Assembly (NCBI GenBank): GCA_043803405.1
Contig: JAZDKB010000016.1
Span: forward strand, 59,634 to 123,633
DNA length: 64,000 nucleotides
From: Spirochaetota bacterium
GTDB taxonomy: Bacteria; Spirochaetota; UBA4802; JAFGDQ01
Direction of reading: 5' to 3'
Each line of letters starts with the position of its first letter. Within the stretch, counting starts at the first letter, position 1. Below the pieces are notes generated by a model. The model did not search any database, was not told the origin of the DNA, and was given only the letters and a program-made list of their open reading frames with translations. Positions 41,444 to 51,990 of this stretch are shown one piece after another. Both the position numbers and the translations under genes were made by a program.

Positions 41444-43462
41444 ATGGCTGAAATACTCGAAACCGACAGTATAGCTGCTCTTAAATCAATTATACTTTCA
41501 CATGATCCGAAAGCTGATATTGAATTTATTGAAAAAGCATATGAATTTGCTTTCAATGTACATAAAAATCAGCTTCGCCTGTCAAAAGAACCGTATATAA
41601 TACACCCGCTGGAAGTTGCAAAGATTCTGGCAAGCCTAAACATGGATACGACTACAATAGCGGCAGCATTATTGCATGATGTTGTAGAAGATTCAAAAAC
41701 AACCATCGATAAATTAAAAAACAAATTTAACGCAGAAACCGCCGGACTTGTGGACGGGGTTACTAAAATCTCATCTCTGAAAAAAAAGACAAAAAATGAC
41801 GAAGTCCATAACTTACGGAAAATGCTTTTAGCAACAATTAATGACGTGCGAGTTATTCTCATTAAACTGGCAGACAAACTGCATAATATGAGGACAATAA
41901 AATATCAGCCTCCTCATAAACAGCAGCTGATCTCAAAGGAAGTACTCGATATTTATGCGCCTATGGCTCACAGGCTAGGTATGTCGAAGATAGCATCCGA
42001 ACTTGAAGATATTGCATTTAATGTTTTATATCCTGAAGAATATAAAGAAATTGCTTCCAGAGTAGTTCAAAGAATACCGGAATTGGAAACATACATCAAT
42101 CACATCAAGGATATATTATATATTAAATTTCAAAATCTTAATATAAACGCACAAATAACAGGACGCGCAAAGCATTATTATTCCATATTTCAGAAAATGA
42201 GACTTCAGAAAAAAAGTCTGGATGATATTTTCGATATTCGTGCAATCAGGATCATTGTTAAAGAGATAAAAGATTGCTATGGTATTCTTGGAATTATCCA
42301 CAGTCTCTGGTCTCCCATAGCATCACGTTTTAAGGATTATATTGCAGTCCCGAAATCGAACATGTACCAGTCTCTTCATACTACCGTAATCGGCCCGTTC
42401 GGCCATCCTCTGGAAATCCAGATAAGAACTGGTGAAATGCACGCAACCGCGGAAATGGGAATAGCTTCGCACTGGCTATACAAGGAGAATCCGAATGTAC
42501 AGGCTAAAGAATATAAAAATATTACACTTTTAAAAAGCATACAGAAAAGGCAGCTTGAAACTGACAAGCCGGAAGACTTTTTGAAAGAATTAAAAATGGA
42601 TCTTTATTCTGATGAAATATTTACTTTCACTCCGAAAGGAAAAATCATTAAACTGGCAAAAGGAGCTACTCCTGTGGATTTTGCATATGCCATTCACACC
42701 GAAATCGGTCATCATTGTATCGGCGCGAAAGTTAACGATCATATAGTCCCGTTAAAAACCGAGCTCAAAAGCGGCGACATTGTTGTCATTCGTACAGGGA
42801 ATAAGGAACACCCTTCGGAGTCATGGTTAAAATTTGTTAAATCATCAAATGCAAGATACAAAATAAGAAACTGGCTAAGAAAATACGAGCAGGAAACCGG
42901 TCTTGATGCATCAAAAGTGCAGGATCAAAAAACTAAAAAGACTATTGAAGTATCGATACAAAACAGTGAACTTGTTAAAATTAAAAATATTTCAAAGCAA
43001 AAAAATCAAAATTTAATTATTGCAGGAACTTCAAATATTCAGTTAAGGCTTTCTCAATGCTGCCAGCCAATTCCAGGTGATGACGTAGTGGGATTTATTA
43101 CACGTGGCAGAGGGCTTACAGTTCATAAGAAGACCTGCCCTTCATTAAAAAAATTAAAACTTGAAGAGGAAAGATTCATAAATATTGTCTGGGAAGGATC
43201 TTCTGCAACTTATCCCGTAAAAATTGCAATTCAGGCGATCGACAGACAGAATTTACTTAAAGATATAGTGGATGCAATAGCTTCCGTAAAAACTAACGTT
43301 GTAAAAATGGAAGCAAATCCTGCCGAGAAAGACAATGTATACTTTAAATTTATTGTCGAAGTAAAAAGTACTAACCACCTCAACCAACTTATACATATAT
43401 TAAAAAATATAAAAAATGTTATTCGTGTTCATAAACTGAATGAAAAAGTTTTAATTAAATAA
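41444..43462 (+). CDS. rel: Bifunctional (p)ppGpp synthetase/hydrolase, long RSH
   Basis: LLHDVVED, KLADKLHN, YQSLH, EIQIRT, TGS (DFAYAIH), CCQP zinc finger, ACT. Confidence 0.96.
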   Translation: MAEILETDSIAALKSIILSHDPKADIEFIEKAYEFAFNVHKNQLRLSKEPYIIHPLEVAKILASLNMDTTTIAAALLHDVVEDSKTTIDKLKNKFNAETAGLVDGVTKISSLKKKTKNDEVHNLRKMLLATINDVRVILIKLADKLHNMRTIKYQPPHKQQLISKEVLDIYAPMAHRLGMSKIASELEDIAFNVLYPEEYKEIASRVVQRIPELETYINHIKDILYIKFQNLNINAQITGRAKHYYSIFQKMRLQKKSLDDIFDIRAIRIIVKEIKDCYGILGIIHSLWSPIASRFKDYIAVPKSNMYQSLHTTVIGPFGHPLEIQIRTGEMHATAEMGIASHWLYKENPNVQAKEYKNITLLKSIQKRQLETDKPEDFLKELKMDLYSDEIFTFTPKGKIIKLAKGATPVDFAYAIHTEIGHHCIGAKVNDHIVPLKTELKSGDIVVIRTGNKEHPSESWLKFVKSSNARYKIRNWLRKYEQETGLDASKVQDQKTKKTIEVSIQNSELVKIKNISKQKNQNLIIAGTSNIQLRLSQCCQPIPGDDVVGFITRGRGLTVHKKTCPSLKKLKLEEERFINIVWEGSSATYPVKIAIQAIDRQNLLKDIVDAIASVKTNVVKMEANPAEKDNVYFKFIVEVKSTNHLNQLIHILKNIKNVIRVHKLNEKVLIK

Positions 43463-43519
43463 TCAGAATTATGTCCTAATAAATATAAGTAATTTACAGC
43501 TCAAACTCCAAATATAATT

Positions 43520-44116
43520 ATGAAAATTGTTCTTGGTTCATCCTCTCCCAGAAGAAAACTAATATTAGAAAGTCTATTTGAGCAATTCGAAATATTTGCG
43601 CCCGACATAGAAGAAACTGCACTTCCCGATGAATCACCTGTAGAATTTTGCAAAAGACTTTCTGAAGATAAAGCCAGATCAATTGCTTCACAAGTCCTGG
43701 ATTCTACCGAAAAGTTAATAATCGCATGTGACACAATAGTTAATATTGACAACAAAATAATAGGCAAACCGAAGGATTTTGAGGATGCGATAAAAATATT
43801 AAATGTTCTGAATGGAAAAATTCATACTGTTATCAGCGGTTTAACCTTATTATACATAAATAATAAAAAAATTATAGGAATAACCGATGCGGAATTAACC
43901 GAAGTTAACTTTAAAAGTCTTTCGGATAAGGAAATAATTAATTATTTAGGAAAATTTGATTATATGGATAAAGCAGGTGCTTATGCTGTGCAGGAATACG
44001 GGACTTTAATCATTGATAATATAAACGGGTCAATCACAAATGTAATAGGGTTTCCTATAAGGCTTTTCTTTAAATTACTTTCAAAGCTGAATTTACTTGA
44101 TAGAATATTTTTTTAA
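43520..44116 (+). CDS. maf: Maf nucleotide pyrophosphatase
   Basis: LGSSSPRR, CDTIV, KP, KAGAYAVQ. Confidence 0.95.
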   Translation: MKIVLGSSSPRRKLILESLFEQFEIFAPDIEETALPDESPVEFCKRLSEDKARSIASQVLDSTEKLIIACDTIVNIDNKIIGKPKDFEDAIKILNVLNGKIHTVISGLTLLYINNKKIIGITDAELTEVNFKSLSDKEIINYLGKFDYMDKAGAYAVQEYGTLIIDNINGSITNVIGFPIRLFFKLLSKLNLLDRIFF

Positions 44117-44184
44117 GTATAATATTAACGAAGAAATCCGGTAGGTATTTTTAATAATGCTAAAGTATTGGTACATTATAGCAT

Positions 44185-44212
44185 AACGGCATCATTCAAA
44201 GTTAATGCCGTT
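44185..44212. terminator. Hairpin between convergent maf and rplQ
   Basis: aacggcat/atgccgtt 8-bp stem; weak U tracts. Confidence 0.4.
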
Positions 44213-44286
44213 GACAACAATAAGCTTATTTACTCTCGGTTTAATAAAACTTTAAAAATTGTTAAGAATTAAGAACTTTCAATTTG

Positions 44287-44763
44287 TTATTTATCTTTTT
44301 TTTCCTTTTTATCTTTCTTGTCTTTTTTCTCTTTTTCAGGTTTTTCTTTTCCGGCACCCTTTGTCTTGACAACTACTTTTTTCTCAACCAATTCAATTAT
44401 TGCCATTTCCGCAGCATCGCCAAGTCTTTTTCCAAGAAGGTAAATTCTTGTGTATCCGCCATTTCTGTTAACAAATCTGGGTGCAATATCTTCGAACAAT
44501 TTTTTTACAGCATCTTCATTCTTAATGAACTTAAGCACTATTCTTTTATTGTGTAATTTTTTACCGGTTTCTGTTTCGGGAAGGCCGATGTTTCTCCTTG
44601 CCCTGGTTATGAGTTTTTCTGAAATTTTCTTTAACTCTTTAGCTTTTTGCTTTGTAGTAACAATACTTTCATGCAAATAAAAAGATGCAATCATGTTGGA
44701 AAACATCGCACTTCTATGTGATGGAGTTCTTCCTAATTGTCTTACTGTATTCTTGTGTCTCAT
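44287..44763 (-). CDS. rplQ: 50S ribosomal protein bL17 (Lys-rich tail)
   Basis: MRH...GRTPSHR, RNGGYTRI, GDAA. Confidence 0.97.
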   Translation of the reverse strand: MRHKNTVRQLGRTPSHRSAMFSNMIASFYLHESIVTTKQKAKELKKISEKLITRARRNIGLPETETGKKLHNKRIVLKFIKNEDAVKKLFEDIAPRFVNRNGGYTRIYLLGKRLGDAAEMAIIELVEKKVVVKTKGAGKEKPEKEKKDKKDKKEKKDK

Positions 44764-44814
44764 CTCTCGTCCCTGCTTAAATTACAATATTATTTGATAT
44801 ATTATCTTTAACTA

Positions 44815-45780
44815 TTATTCTTTCAATCCAAGACTTAAATGCAACGACTCTAATTTGGATTTGATTTCCTTCATTATCTGATCGCTATAATGTTTAGATT
44901 TTCTGAATTCGTCTTCCGTTTTTCGTACAAGTTCTTCCAAAGCAGCTATGTCCAGGCTCTTAATAGTATTATAAGCTCTGACCGAAAGTTCCAGTTCATC
45001 AATTGACTTGGAAAGTGTATTTTTCATTCTTTCAAGATTTTCATCTACAACTTCTGCTTCTTCCTCAATTTCTTCTTCGAAATTTATAAATATCGTCAGG
45101 TGATCTTTAATTATCTTTGCAGCCTGGGCAACAGCGTCTTCAGGAGTAATGGAACCGTCAGTCCAAACCTCGATAATCAATCTGTCATAATCCGTTCTTT
45201 GACCTACTCGTGTATTTTCAACTGTAATATTAACTTTTCTAACTGGAGTAAAATCGGCATCAATTGCAATTACGCCAACTGCTTCAGTACTTCCTTTACT
45301 TAATTCAGCCGGAACATAACCGCGTCCGCGTTCTACCTGAACTTCCATATCAATCTTTCCTTCTTTATTCAGGCTGGCTATATGCAAATCCGGATTCAGT
45401 ACTTCCACATCCGAGTCAATAAGGAAATCCTGTCCTGTTAGTTCTCCCGTTCCGTTTTTTACAATATGCAATACCTTAGGCATTTCGCCTTCATATTTAA
45501 AACGTAATTTTTTTAAATTCAAAATTATTCGGGTTACGTCCTCATATACGCCAGTAATAGAGGCAAATTCATGAGTAATTCCCTCAATTTTTATAGCAGT
45601 AATACTGCATCCATTGATTGATGATAATAGAACACGGCGTAATGAATTACCGATAGTTAATCCATAACCCTTTTCAAACGGTTCTGCAATGAATCTGCCG
45701 TAATCTTTCTGAACATCATCATGTTCAAAAGTTATTTTGTTTGGTCTTTTAAAACCCTTTAATAGGTTTTTAGGAGCCAT
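44815..45780 (-). CDS. rpoA: RNA polymerase subunit alpha
   Basis: EPFEKGYGLTIGNSLRRVLLS, GRGYVPA, RVGQRTDYD; start at MAPKN after GGAGG. Confidence 0.98.
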   Translation of the reverse strand: MAPKNLLKGFKRPNKITFEHDDVQKDYGRFIAEPFEKGYGLTIGNSLRRVLLSSINGCSITAIKIEGITHEFASITGVYEDVTRIILNLKKLRFKYEGEMPKVLHIVKNGTGELTGQDFLIDSDVEVLNPDLHIASLNKEGKIDMEVQVERGRGYVPAELSKGSTEAVGVIAIDADFTPVRKVNITVENTRVGQRTDYDRLIIEVWTDGSITPEDAVAQAAKIIKDHLTIFINFEEEIEEEAEVVDENLERMKNTLSKSIDELELSVRAYNTIKSLDIAALEELVRKTEDEFRKSKHYSDQIMKEIKSKLESLHLSLGLKE

Positions 45781-45848
45781 TCCTACCTCCATAATAAAGT
45801 AAAATAATTAAAATATTGAAAAGGGTAATAATTGTTAAAAATTTAAAA

Positions 45849-46481
45849 TTATTTAGAATATAATTCAACCACTAGTCTTTCGTTGAAGTTATCAGTAATA
45901 TCCTGGCGTGTAGGCAATCTCAAAACTTTACCTCTTGCCTCCTCAAACTCAATTGATACCCATTCAGGCACAGAATTTGTTGCTTTAGATAGTTTAATAG
46001 AATCCTTTAGCATCGAATTTTCTTTAAATTTGATTTTTACTTCAATGGTAGCTCCTTCAATAACAACAAATGAAGAAATATTTACAATCACTCCATTAAC
46101 CAATATATGCTTATGATTTACTAACTGCCTTGCCTGCATTCTTGACGAAGCAAAACCCATTCTGTATACGACATTATCCAGCCTTCTTTCAAGAAGGGAC
46201 AGCATATTATCGCCTGTTACCCCACGCATTCTTGTCGATTTTTCAAATACTCTTCTAAACTGGCCTTCCATGAGTCCATAACTTCTTTTAATCTTCTGCT
46301 TCTCACGCAACTGAATTGCATAATCTGAGTATTTTGATCTTCTATTTTTTTTCGGAAGTCCCGGAGGATACTTCTTCTTTTTTACAGCGCATTTTTCAGT
46401 GAGACATCTCTGCCCTTTTAGCATTAAAGGCATTCCTTCTCTTCTACATAATTTACACGATGGTCCTATATATTTTGCCAT
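45849..46481 (-). CDS. rpsD: 30S ribosomal protein uS4
   Basis: QLREKQK, LERRLDNVVYR, VVELYSK. Confidence 0.98.
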   Translation of the reverse strand: MAKYIGPSCKLCRREGMPLMLKGQRCLTEKCAVKKKKYPPGLPKKNRRSKYSDYAIQLREKQKIKRSYGLMEGQFRRVFEKSTRMRGVTGDNMLSLLERRLDNVVYRMGFASSRMQARQLVNHKHILVNGVIVNISSFVVIEGATIEVKIKFKENSMLKDSIKLSKATNSVPEWVSIEFEEARGKVLRLPTRQDITDNFNERLVVELYSK

Positions 46482-46502
46482 GATTTTTCTTCCTAACTAT
46501 CC

Positions 46503-46892
46503 TTATACTCTTCTTCTTTTAGGCGGTCTGCAGCCATTATGAGGTATTGGAGTAATATCTTTAATTTTAATGATGTTTAAACCAGCCTGTGCTAAAGATC
46601 TAATCGCTGCTTCTCTGCCGATTCCAGGTCCTTTAACCAGAACTTCAACCATTCTAAGACCGGCGCTATCTATCGCTCTTTGCGCAGCATCCTTGGATGC
46701 CATTTGAGCTGCATAAGGAGTAGATTTTCGTGATCCTTTAAATCCCTGTGCTCCCGATGATGCCCATGATATTACATTACCTTCCATATCGGTAAGTGTA
46801 ATAATCGTATTATTATAAGTAGCCTGAATAAATGCTTTCCCTACTGGGACATTCTTTTTCTCTTTTCTTTTCTTTGTTTTCTTCTGCTTCAA
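46503..46892 (-). CDS. rpsK: 30S ribosomal protein uS11
   Basis: [24 protein letters not shown]. Confidence 0.98.
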   Translation of the reverse strand: MKQKKTKKRKEKKNVPVGKAFIQATYNNTIITLTDMEGNVISWASSGAQGFKGSRKSTPYAAQMASKDAAQRAIDSAGLRMVEVLVKGPGIGREAAIRSLAQAGLNIIKIKDITPIPHNGCRPPKRRRV

Positions 46893-46926
46893 TCAATGAC
46901 CTCTTTTAATTCTTTGTACTAGAATA

Positions 46927-47277
46927 TTATGACCGTCTGCGTTTTTTTGCAGTCTTTGCATTATTTTTTGTATTCTGCCCTCTAAGCGGAAGACCCATTC
47001 TGTGTCTTCGTCCTCTGTAACAACCAATATCCATAAGACGTTTTATATTGAATGCTATTTCTGTTCGTAAATCCCCTTCAACTTTCCCGCCTTTTTCAAT
47101 AGCTTTTCTTATAGAATTAATTTCATCATCTGTCAAATCTTTTACTCTTCTATCCGGATCAATACCGGTCTCATTTACTATTTTATGCGACATTGAAACT
47201 CCAATGCCGTAAATATAAGTTAACGCAGTTTGTATCCTTTTATTTGCCGGTAAATCGACACCTGAAATTCTTGCCAT
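46927..47277 (-). CDS. rpsM: 30S ribosomal protein uS13 (short tail)
   Basis: [23 protein letters not shown]. Confidence 0.97.
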   Translation of the reverse strand: MARISGVDLPANKRIQTALTYIYGIGVSMSHKIVNETGIDPDRRVKDLTDDEINSIRKAIEKGGKVEGDLRTEIAFNIKRLMDIGCYRGRRHRMGLPLRGQNTKNNAKTAKKRRRS

Positions 47278-47299
47278 ATATTATTACCTTAGTATAAAA

Positions 47300-47431
47300 T
47301 TATTTACTTGCTACTCTTTTCTTTTGTCTTTGTTTATGCCGAACATTTTTACAAATTACTCGAATTACCCCATGCCGCTTGATTACTTTACAATCACTGC
47401 AAATTTTTTTTACCGATACTCTAACCTTCAT
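47300..47431 (-). CDS. rpmJ: 50S ribosomal protein bL36 (Zn-type), 43 aa with basic extension
   Basis: Below ORF-track cutoff. Manual translation [49 protein letters not shown]. Confidence 0.96.
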   Translation of the reverse strand: MKVRVSVKKICSDCKVIKRHGVIRVICKNVRHKQRQKKRVASK

Positions 47432-47471
47432 ATATTCCTCTGTATAAATATTCGCTTAAATACCACTATTT

Positions 47472-47693
47472 CTATTTAGATCTATAAGTTATTCGTCCTC
47501 TGGTCAAATCATACGGTGATAATTCAACTGTTACTTTATCTCCGGGCAATATTCTGATATAATGCATTCTCATTTTCCCGGATATATGGGCAAGTACAAT
47601 TGCGTTATTTGTATCTAATTTTACCCTGAACATGGCATTAGGTAAAGACTCAACCACAACACCTTCTACTTCTATAGGTTCTTCTTTAGGCAT
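47472..47693 (-). CDS. infA: Translation initiation factor IF-1
   Basis: [27 protein letters not shown]. Confidence 0.98.
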   Translation of the reverse strand: MPKEEPIEVEGVVVESLPNAMFRVKLDTNNAIVLAHISGKMRMHYIRILPGDKVTVELSPYDLTRGRITYRSK

Positions 47694-47702
47694 AAAATTA
47701 CT

Positions 47703-48467
47703 CTAATTAAACCCTCTTCCGCCAGTTAATATTTTTGCTTTACCGTTGACAACTGCCACAGTATGTTCAAAATGAGCTGAAAGCTTTCTGTCTTTGGTAA
47801 CAACAGTCCAGCCATCATCAAGAACTTCTATCTCATAAGTGCCCGCATTGATCATTGGCTCAATAGCAAAGACCATTCCGTCATTAATCCTTGGGCCTCT
47901 GCCGCCATCGCCAAAGTTTGGAATTGATGGTTCTTCATGAAGATTAGAACCTACTCCATGCCCGACAAAATCTCTTACAGGTAAAAAACCAAATCTTGTT
48001 ACATGTGATTCTACAGCATTTGAAATATCTGATATTCTGTTACCGACGATACATTTATTAATTCCACAGTATAACGATTCTCTGGTTACATCAAGTAAAG
48101 TTTGTGTATTTTTATCTATCTCACCCACTTTAAAAGTACGGGCTGAATCTCCATAAAATCCCTTGAAAAATACACCGATGTCAATCCCTATTATATCTCC
48201 CTTCTTGAGCTTTTTATTCCTGCTTGGTATACCATGAACTACTACTTCATTTATAGACGTACAAACTGTTGCCGGAAATCCTTTATAACCTAAAAATGCA
48301 GGTTTTGCTTTATTTTTAGAAATGATGTCTTTTGCTAATATATCAATATCATAAGTCGATAAACCGGCTTTTATAATTCCTTCAATTTCATCAAGTACAT
48401 TTGATGTAATTCTGCAGGCTTCTTCGATGATTTCTATTTCATTAATACTATATATATAAATGCCCAA
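47703..48467 (-). CDS. map: Methionine aminopeptidase type I
   Basis: VVHGIP, DIG...GDSA, GHGVG...HEEP, AIEPM, SAHFEHT. Confidence 0.97.
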   Translation of the reverse strand: MGIYIYSINEIEIIEEACRITSNVLDEIEGIIKAGLSTYDIDILAKDIISKNKAKPAFLGYKGFPATVCTSINEVVVHGIPSRNKKLKKGDIIGIDIGVFFKGFYGDSARTFKVGEIDKNTQTLLDVTRESLYCGINKCIVGNRISDISNAVESHVTRFGFLPVRDFVGHGVGSNLHEEPSIPNFGDGGRGPRINDGMVFAIEPMINAGTYEIEVLDDGWTVVTKDRKLSAHFEHTVAVVNGKAKILTGGRGFN

Positions 48468-48500
48468 CCTGAATCAGTCCTTACAAAAAAACATAATTTT

Positions 48501-49847
48501 TTAAGAATATCTGCCTCTTATCCTTCCTTTTTTTATAAAACCATCATAGTGTCTCATTAATAGCTGGGATTCTATTTGTCTTAGTGTATCGAGTGCAACA
48601 CCTACGATAATTAGAAGAGATGTACCACCAAATAAGTAAGCCATTTCATGTGAAACATCTTCCGGCCAAATCCTCATAATAAAATCCGGCATAATAGCAA
48701 TGACTGCTAAAAATATTGATCCCGAAAGTGTTATCCTGTTTAAAATCCTCATTATAAATTCGGAGGTTGTCTGACCTGGTCGAATACCTGGAATAAAACC
48801 TCCGTATTTCTTTAAATTTTCAGCAATGTCAACAGGATTAAACTGTATAGCTGTATAAAAATAACAGAAAAATACTATCAATAAACCGTAAAAGAACATA
48901 TAAGATATTTGTCCCGGAGACAGCCAGTATTGTATTTTATTAAATATTGCATATTTGTTAACACCAAGCATATTTCCTAATTGTGATGGAAGTAAAACTA
49001 CAGACGATGCAAATATGATCGGGATTACACCCGCTGCATTCACTCTAAGAGGTATTGCCTGGGACTTCATTTGAACCATTCTGCGTCCAACTATCCTCTT
49101 TCCATATTGGACTGGAATTTTTCTTATACCGAGAGTAAGTAAAATACTGGCAGCTATTACAAAACAGAAAAGTACTATTAAAATAATTAGTAAAATAGGG
49201 TTACCGCGTTCTATTATTTTGCTTATAGTTTCCATAAAAGCAGGCGGCACTCTGACAACAATTCCAGCAAATATTATTAAAGATATACCATTGCCAATTC
49301 CTCTTTCTGTGATCAATTCTCCAAGCCACATTAATATTAAAGTACCGCTGGTAATTGTAACAACTGCAACTATAACGAATAAGATTCCTGCGTCTTTCGG
49401 TACTACGGCTCCTTTTGCGGAAACCATCGATTTCATCCAGACAGTAAGTCCCAACGCCTGCAACGCACAAAGGATAACAGTGCCATATCTGGTATATTGA
49501 TTTATCTTTTTATGCCCTTCCGGCCCCTCTTTGGATAATCTTTCAAGTGCAGGAATAACAACATTCAGCAATTGCATAATGATCGATGCTGAAATATACG
49601 GCATAATACCTAAAGCAAAAATAGTAAAACGTCTTAATGCCCCTCCGGCAAAAAGATCAAAAAAGTTAAGAAGACTCCCTGCAGTACCCTTGGCGGCCTG
49701 ATCAAAATAAGCCTTTAAGGCTTCAACATTAATTCCAGGTATGGGAATATGACAACCAATTCTATATACAATCAGAATAATTAAAGTAAAAAGTATTTTT
49801 TTGCGAAGTTCAGGTACTTTAAAGATATTTAATACTGCACTTGCCAT
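48501..49847 (-). CDS. secY: Preprotein translocase SecY
   Basis: FALGIMPYISASII, GIGNGISL, GFIPGIRPG, GGTSLLI. Confidence 0.99.
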   Translation of the reverse strand: MASAVLNIFKVPELRKKILFTLIILIVYRIGCHIPIPGINVEALKAYFDQAAKGTAGSLLNFFDLFAGGALRRFTIFALGIMPYISASIIMQLLNVVIPALERLSKEGPEGHKKINQYTRYGTVILCALQALGLTVWMKSMVSAKGAVVPKDAGILFVIVAVVTITSGTLILMWLGELITERGIGNGISLIIFAGIVVRVPPAFMETISKIIERGNPILLIILIVLFCFVIAASILLTLGIRKIPVQYGKRIVGRRMVQMKSQAIPLRVNAAGVIPIIFASSVVLLPSQLGNMLGVNKYAIFNKIQYWLSPGQISYMFFYGLLIVFFCYFYTAIQFNPVDIAENLKKYGGFIPGIRPGQTTSEFIMRILNRITLSGSIFLAVIAIMPDFIMRIWPEDVSHEMAYLFGGTSLLIIVGVALDTLRQIESQLLMRHYDGFIKKGRIRGRYS

Positions 49848-49865
49848 TTTATTCCTGTTGAATAA

Positions 49866-50318
49866 TTATTTTTTATTTGCCTGTCTTAACACTGCTTCAC
49901 CGCCAATTCCCTGTATCATTTTACTGGCTGATGCAGAAAAGGCATCTGCAACAATTTTTACCGGTTTATTTAGAACGCCTTTCCCAAGAATTTTTACTAA
50001 TTTATTTGAACTTTTAATAATTTTCAGTTTTACTAGTACTTCAGGTGTAATTTCCTGAATCTCGATATTTATGATTTGAGATAGATTTACAACTTGATAA
50101 TTTTTTTTGAAAGCGCTGTTAAATCCCCTTTTCGGCACTCGCCTTTGAAGAGGCATTTGTCCGCCCTCAAATCCAATCATCTTTTTGCTTCCGGATCTTG
50201 AAAGTTGCCCCTTTTGTCCCCTGCAGCTGGTTTTTCCATGTCCGCTGCTTGTGCCCCGTCCTACACGTTTCTTTTCCTTATTGCAACCAGGTCTTTTTAA
50301 TGAATATTGCTCTTCCAT
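49866..50318 (-). CDS. rplO: 50S ribosomal protein uL15
   Basis: RVGRG...RGQKGQ, FEGGQMPL. Confidence 0.98.
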   Translation of the reverse strand: MEEQYSLKRPGCNKEKKRVGRGTSSGHGKTSCRGQKGQLSRSGSKKMIGFEGGQMPLQRRVPKRGFNSAFKKNYQVVNLSQIINIEIQEITPEVLVKLKIIKSSNKLVKILGKGVLNKPVKIVADAFSASASKMIQGIGGEAVLRQANKK

Positions 50319-50333
50319 AAATTTTTATCAGGC

Positions 50334-50528
50334 CTATTTAGTATCATTGAATTTTTTTACTTCAACCAAATGTTTAACTATATCGATCATGCCCTTGATT
50401 ACGGCATTATTTTCGTGTACCCTTTCAGCATTCATCTTTCTTAAACCCAATGCCCTTAATGTTGCTTTTTGCTTGGGTTTAGTTCCAATTTTACTGCGAA
50501 TTTGTTTTATTACTATCTTCTCTTGCAT
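50334..50528 (-). CDS. rpmD: 50S ribosomal protein uL30
   Basis: RSKIG, LRALGLRK, VKHLV; synteny. Confidence 0.96.
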   Translation of the reverse strand: MQEKIVIKQIRSKIGTKPKQKATLRALGLRKMNAERVHENNAVIKGMIDIVKHLVEVKKFNDTK

Positions 50529-50532
50529 AAAA

Positions 50533-51057
50533 TTATTTCTCTATATCCATCAATTTATTTAATGGTATTTCCCTTAAATCTGCTACTTCCTTTAGGCTGC
50601 GAAGCTGCAATAATCCGTCCAAAGTAGCTTTGGCGAGGTTCAGCGGATTACGGGATCCCTGCGCTTTGGTTAAGATATCAGCAATACCTGCTTTTTCTAC
50701 AACTGCCCTGACAGAGGCTCCAGCTATAATTCCAGTTCCTGGTGATGCTGGTTTAAGCAGTACTTTTGCAGATTTAAATCTGCCTATAACATCGTGAGGA
50801 ATTGTACTTTTATTAAGATTAACTTTATATACTCGCTTTTTTGCATTATCTACGCTTTTACGAATCGCATCCGGAACTTCATTTGCTTTTCCAAAACTTA
50901 AACCGATATGACCCTTTTCGTCTCCAACTACCGCTAAAGCATTAAACGAAAACCTTCTCCCGCCTTTTACAACCTTTGCTACTCTGTTAATAACTATAAT
51001 TTTTTCAGTTAATTCTAATTCATCATTTTTCTTTACTGGCTGTCTTCGTATCTTCAT
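50533..51057 (-). CDS. rpsE: 30S ribosomal protein uS5
   Basis: [15 protein letters not shown]. Confidence 0.98.
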   Translation of the reverse strand: MKIRRQPVKKNDELELTEKIIVINRVAKVVKGGRRFSFNALAVVGDEKGHIGLSFGKANEVPDAIRKSVDNAKKRVYKVNLNKSTIPHDVIGRFKSAKVLLKPASPGTGIIAGASVRAVVEKAGIADILTKAQGSRNPLNLAKATLDGLLQLRSLKEVADLREIPLNKLMDIEK

Positions 51058-51065
51058 TTATTCCT

Positions 51066-51431
51066 CTAAAATTCCAATCCGTTTTCTCTGGCTGAATCTG
51101 CAAATGATTTTATTTTGCCATGATATAGAAATCCATTCCTGTCAAATACGACTTTTTTAATACCTTTGCCTACCGCTCTTTCAGCAATTATTTTACCTAA
51201 ATTTTTAGCAGCATCCCTATTGCCATTACATTTTAATTCTGGAAACGATTTTTCCAGTGTAGATGCCGAAATGACTGTAAAGCCTTTTGCATCATCAATA
51301 ATTTGACAGTAAAAGTTTTTATTGCTTCTGGAAATACAGAGTCTTAATCTATCTTTACTTGATTTAATTTTTCTTTTGATTCTAAGACGCCGTCTGTTAT
51401 AGCGTTTTTTCTTTAATGTAATCCTATCCAT
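51066..51431 (-). CDS. rplR: 50S ribosomal protein uL18
   Basis: VVFDRNGFLYHG, ARENGLEF. Confidence 0.98.
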   Translation of the reverse strand: MDRITLKKKRYNRRRLRIKRKIKSSKDRLRLCISRSNKNFYCQIIDDAKGFTVISASTLEKSFPELKCNGNRDAAKNLGKIIAERAVGKGIKKVVFDRNGFLYHGKIKSFADSARENGLEF

Positions 51432-51976
51432 TATGCTTTACCTGCTTTTCCGGCTTTTCTTTTAACATATTCGTTTTTATATCTTACTCCTTTACCCTTA
51501 TAAGGTTCTGGAGGACGTAGTTTTCTAATATTTGCAGCCACCTGTCCTACTTTTTGTCTATCTATCCCTGTAATTTCTAATTTAGTAGGTTCAAGTACTT
51601 TCACAGTTACGTCAGACGGAGGTGTAAATACTATGCTATGTGAAAATCCTAAACTTAATTCTATATTTTTGTTCTGTTGTGCTGCTCTGTAACCTACTCC
51701 GACAATTTCCAATTCCTTTTTAAATCCTTTCGATACGCCTGCAATCATATTATTTATCAATGCTCTTAATAAACCATGTGCGGCGGATAATTTTTTGTCT
51801 TTCTCATCGCCTTTTTTTATAACTGTTAATTTATTATCTTCTATTTTAATTTCTATATCGGATAATAATTGAACGGTGTCGCTTCCTAGTTTACCATTAA
51901 TAGTTACTACATTATTAGTAACTTGAATAGTCACACCATCCGGTACATTAATTATTTGTTTTCCAACTCTAGACAT
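51431..51976 (-). CDS. rplF: 50S ribosomal protein uL6
   Basis: GVGYRA, RPPEPYKGKG. Confidence 0.98.
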   Translation of the reverse strand: MSRVGKQIINVPDGVTIQVTNNVVTINGKLGSDTVQLLSDIEIKIEDNKLTVIKKGDEKDKKLSAAHGLLRALINNMIAGVSKGFKKELEIVGVGYRAAQQNKNIELSLGFSHSIVFTPPSDVTVKVLEPTKLEITGIDRQKVGQVAANIRKLRPPEPYKGKGVRYKNEYVKRKAGKAGKA

Positions 51977-51990
51977 ATTATCTTCTCTTC

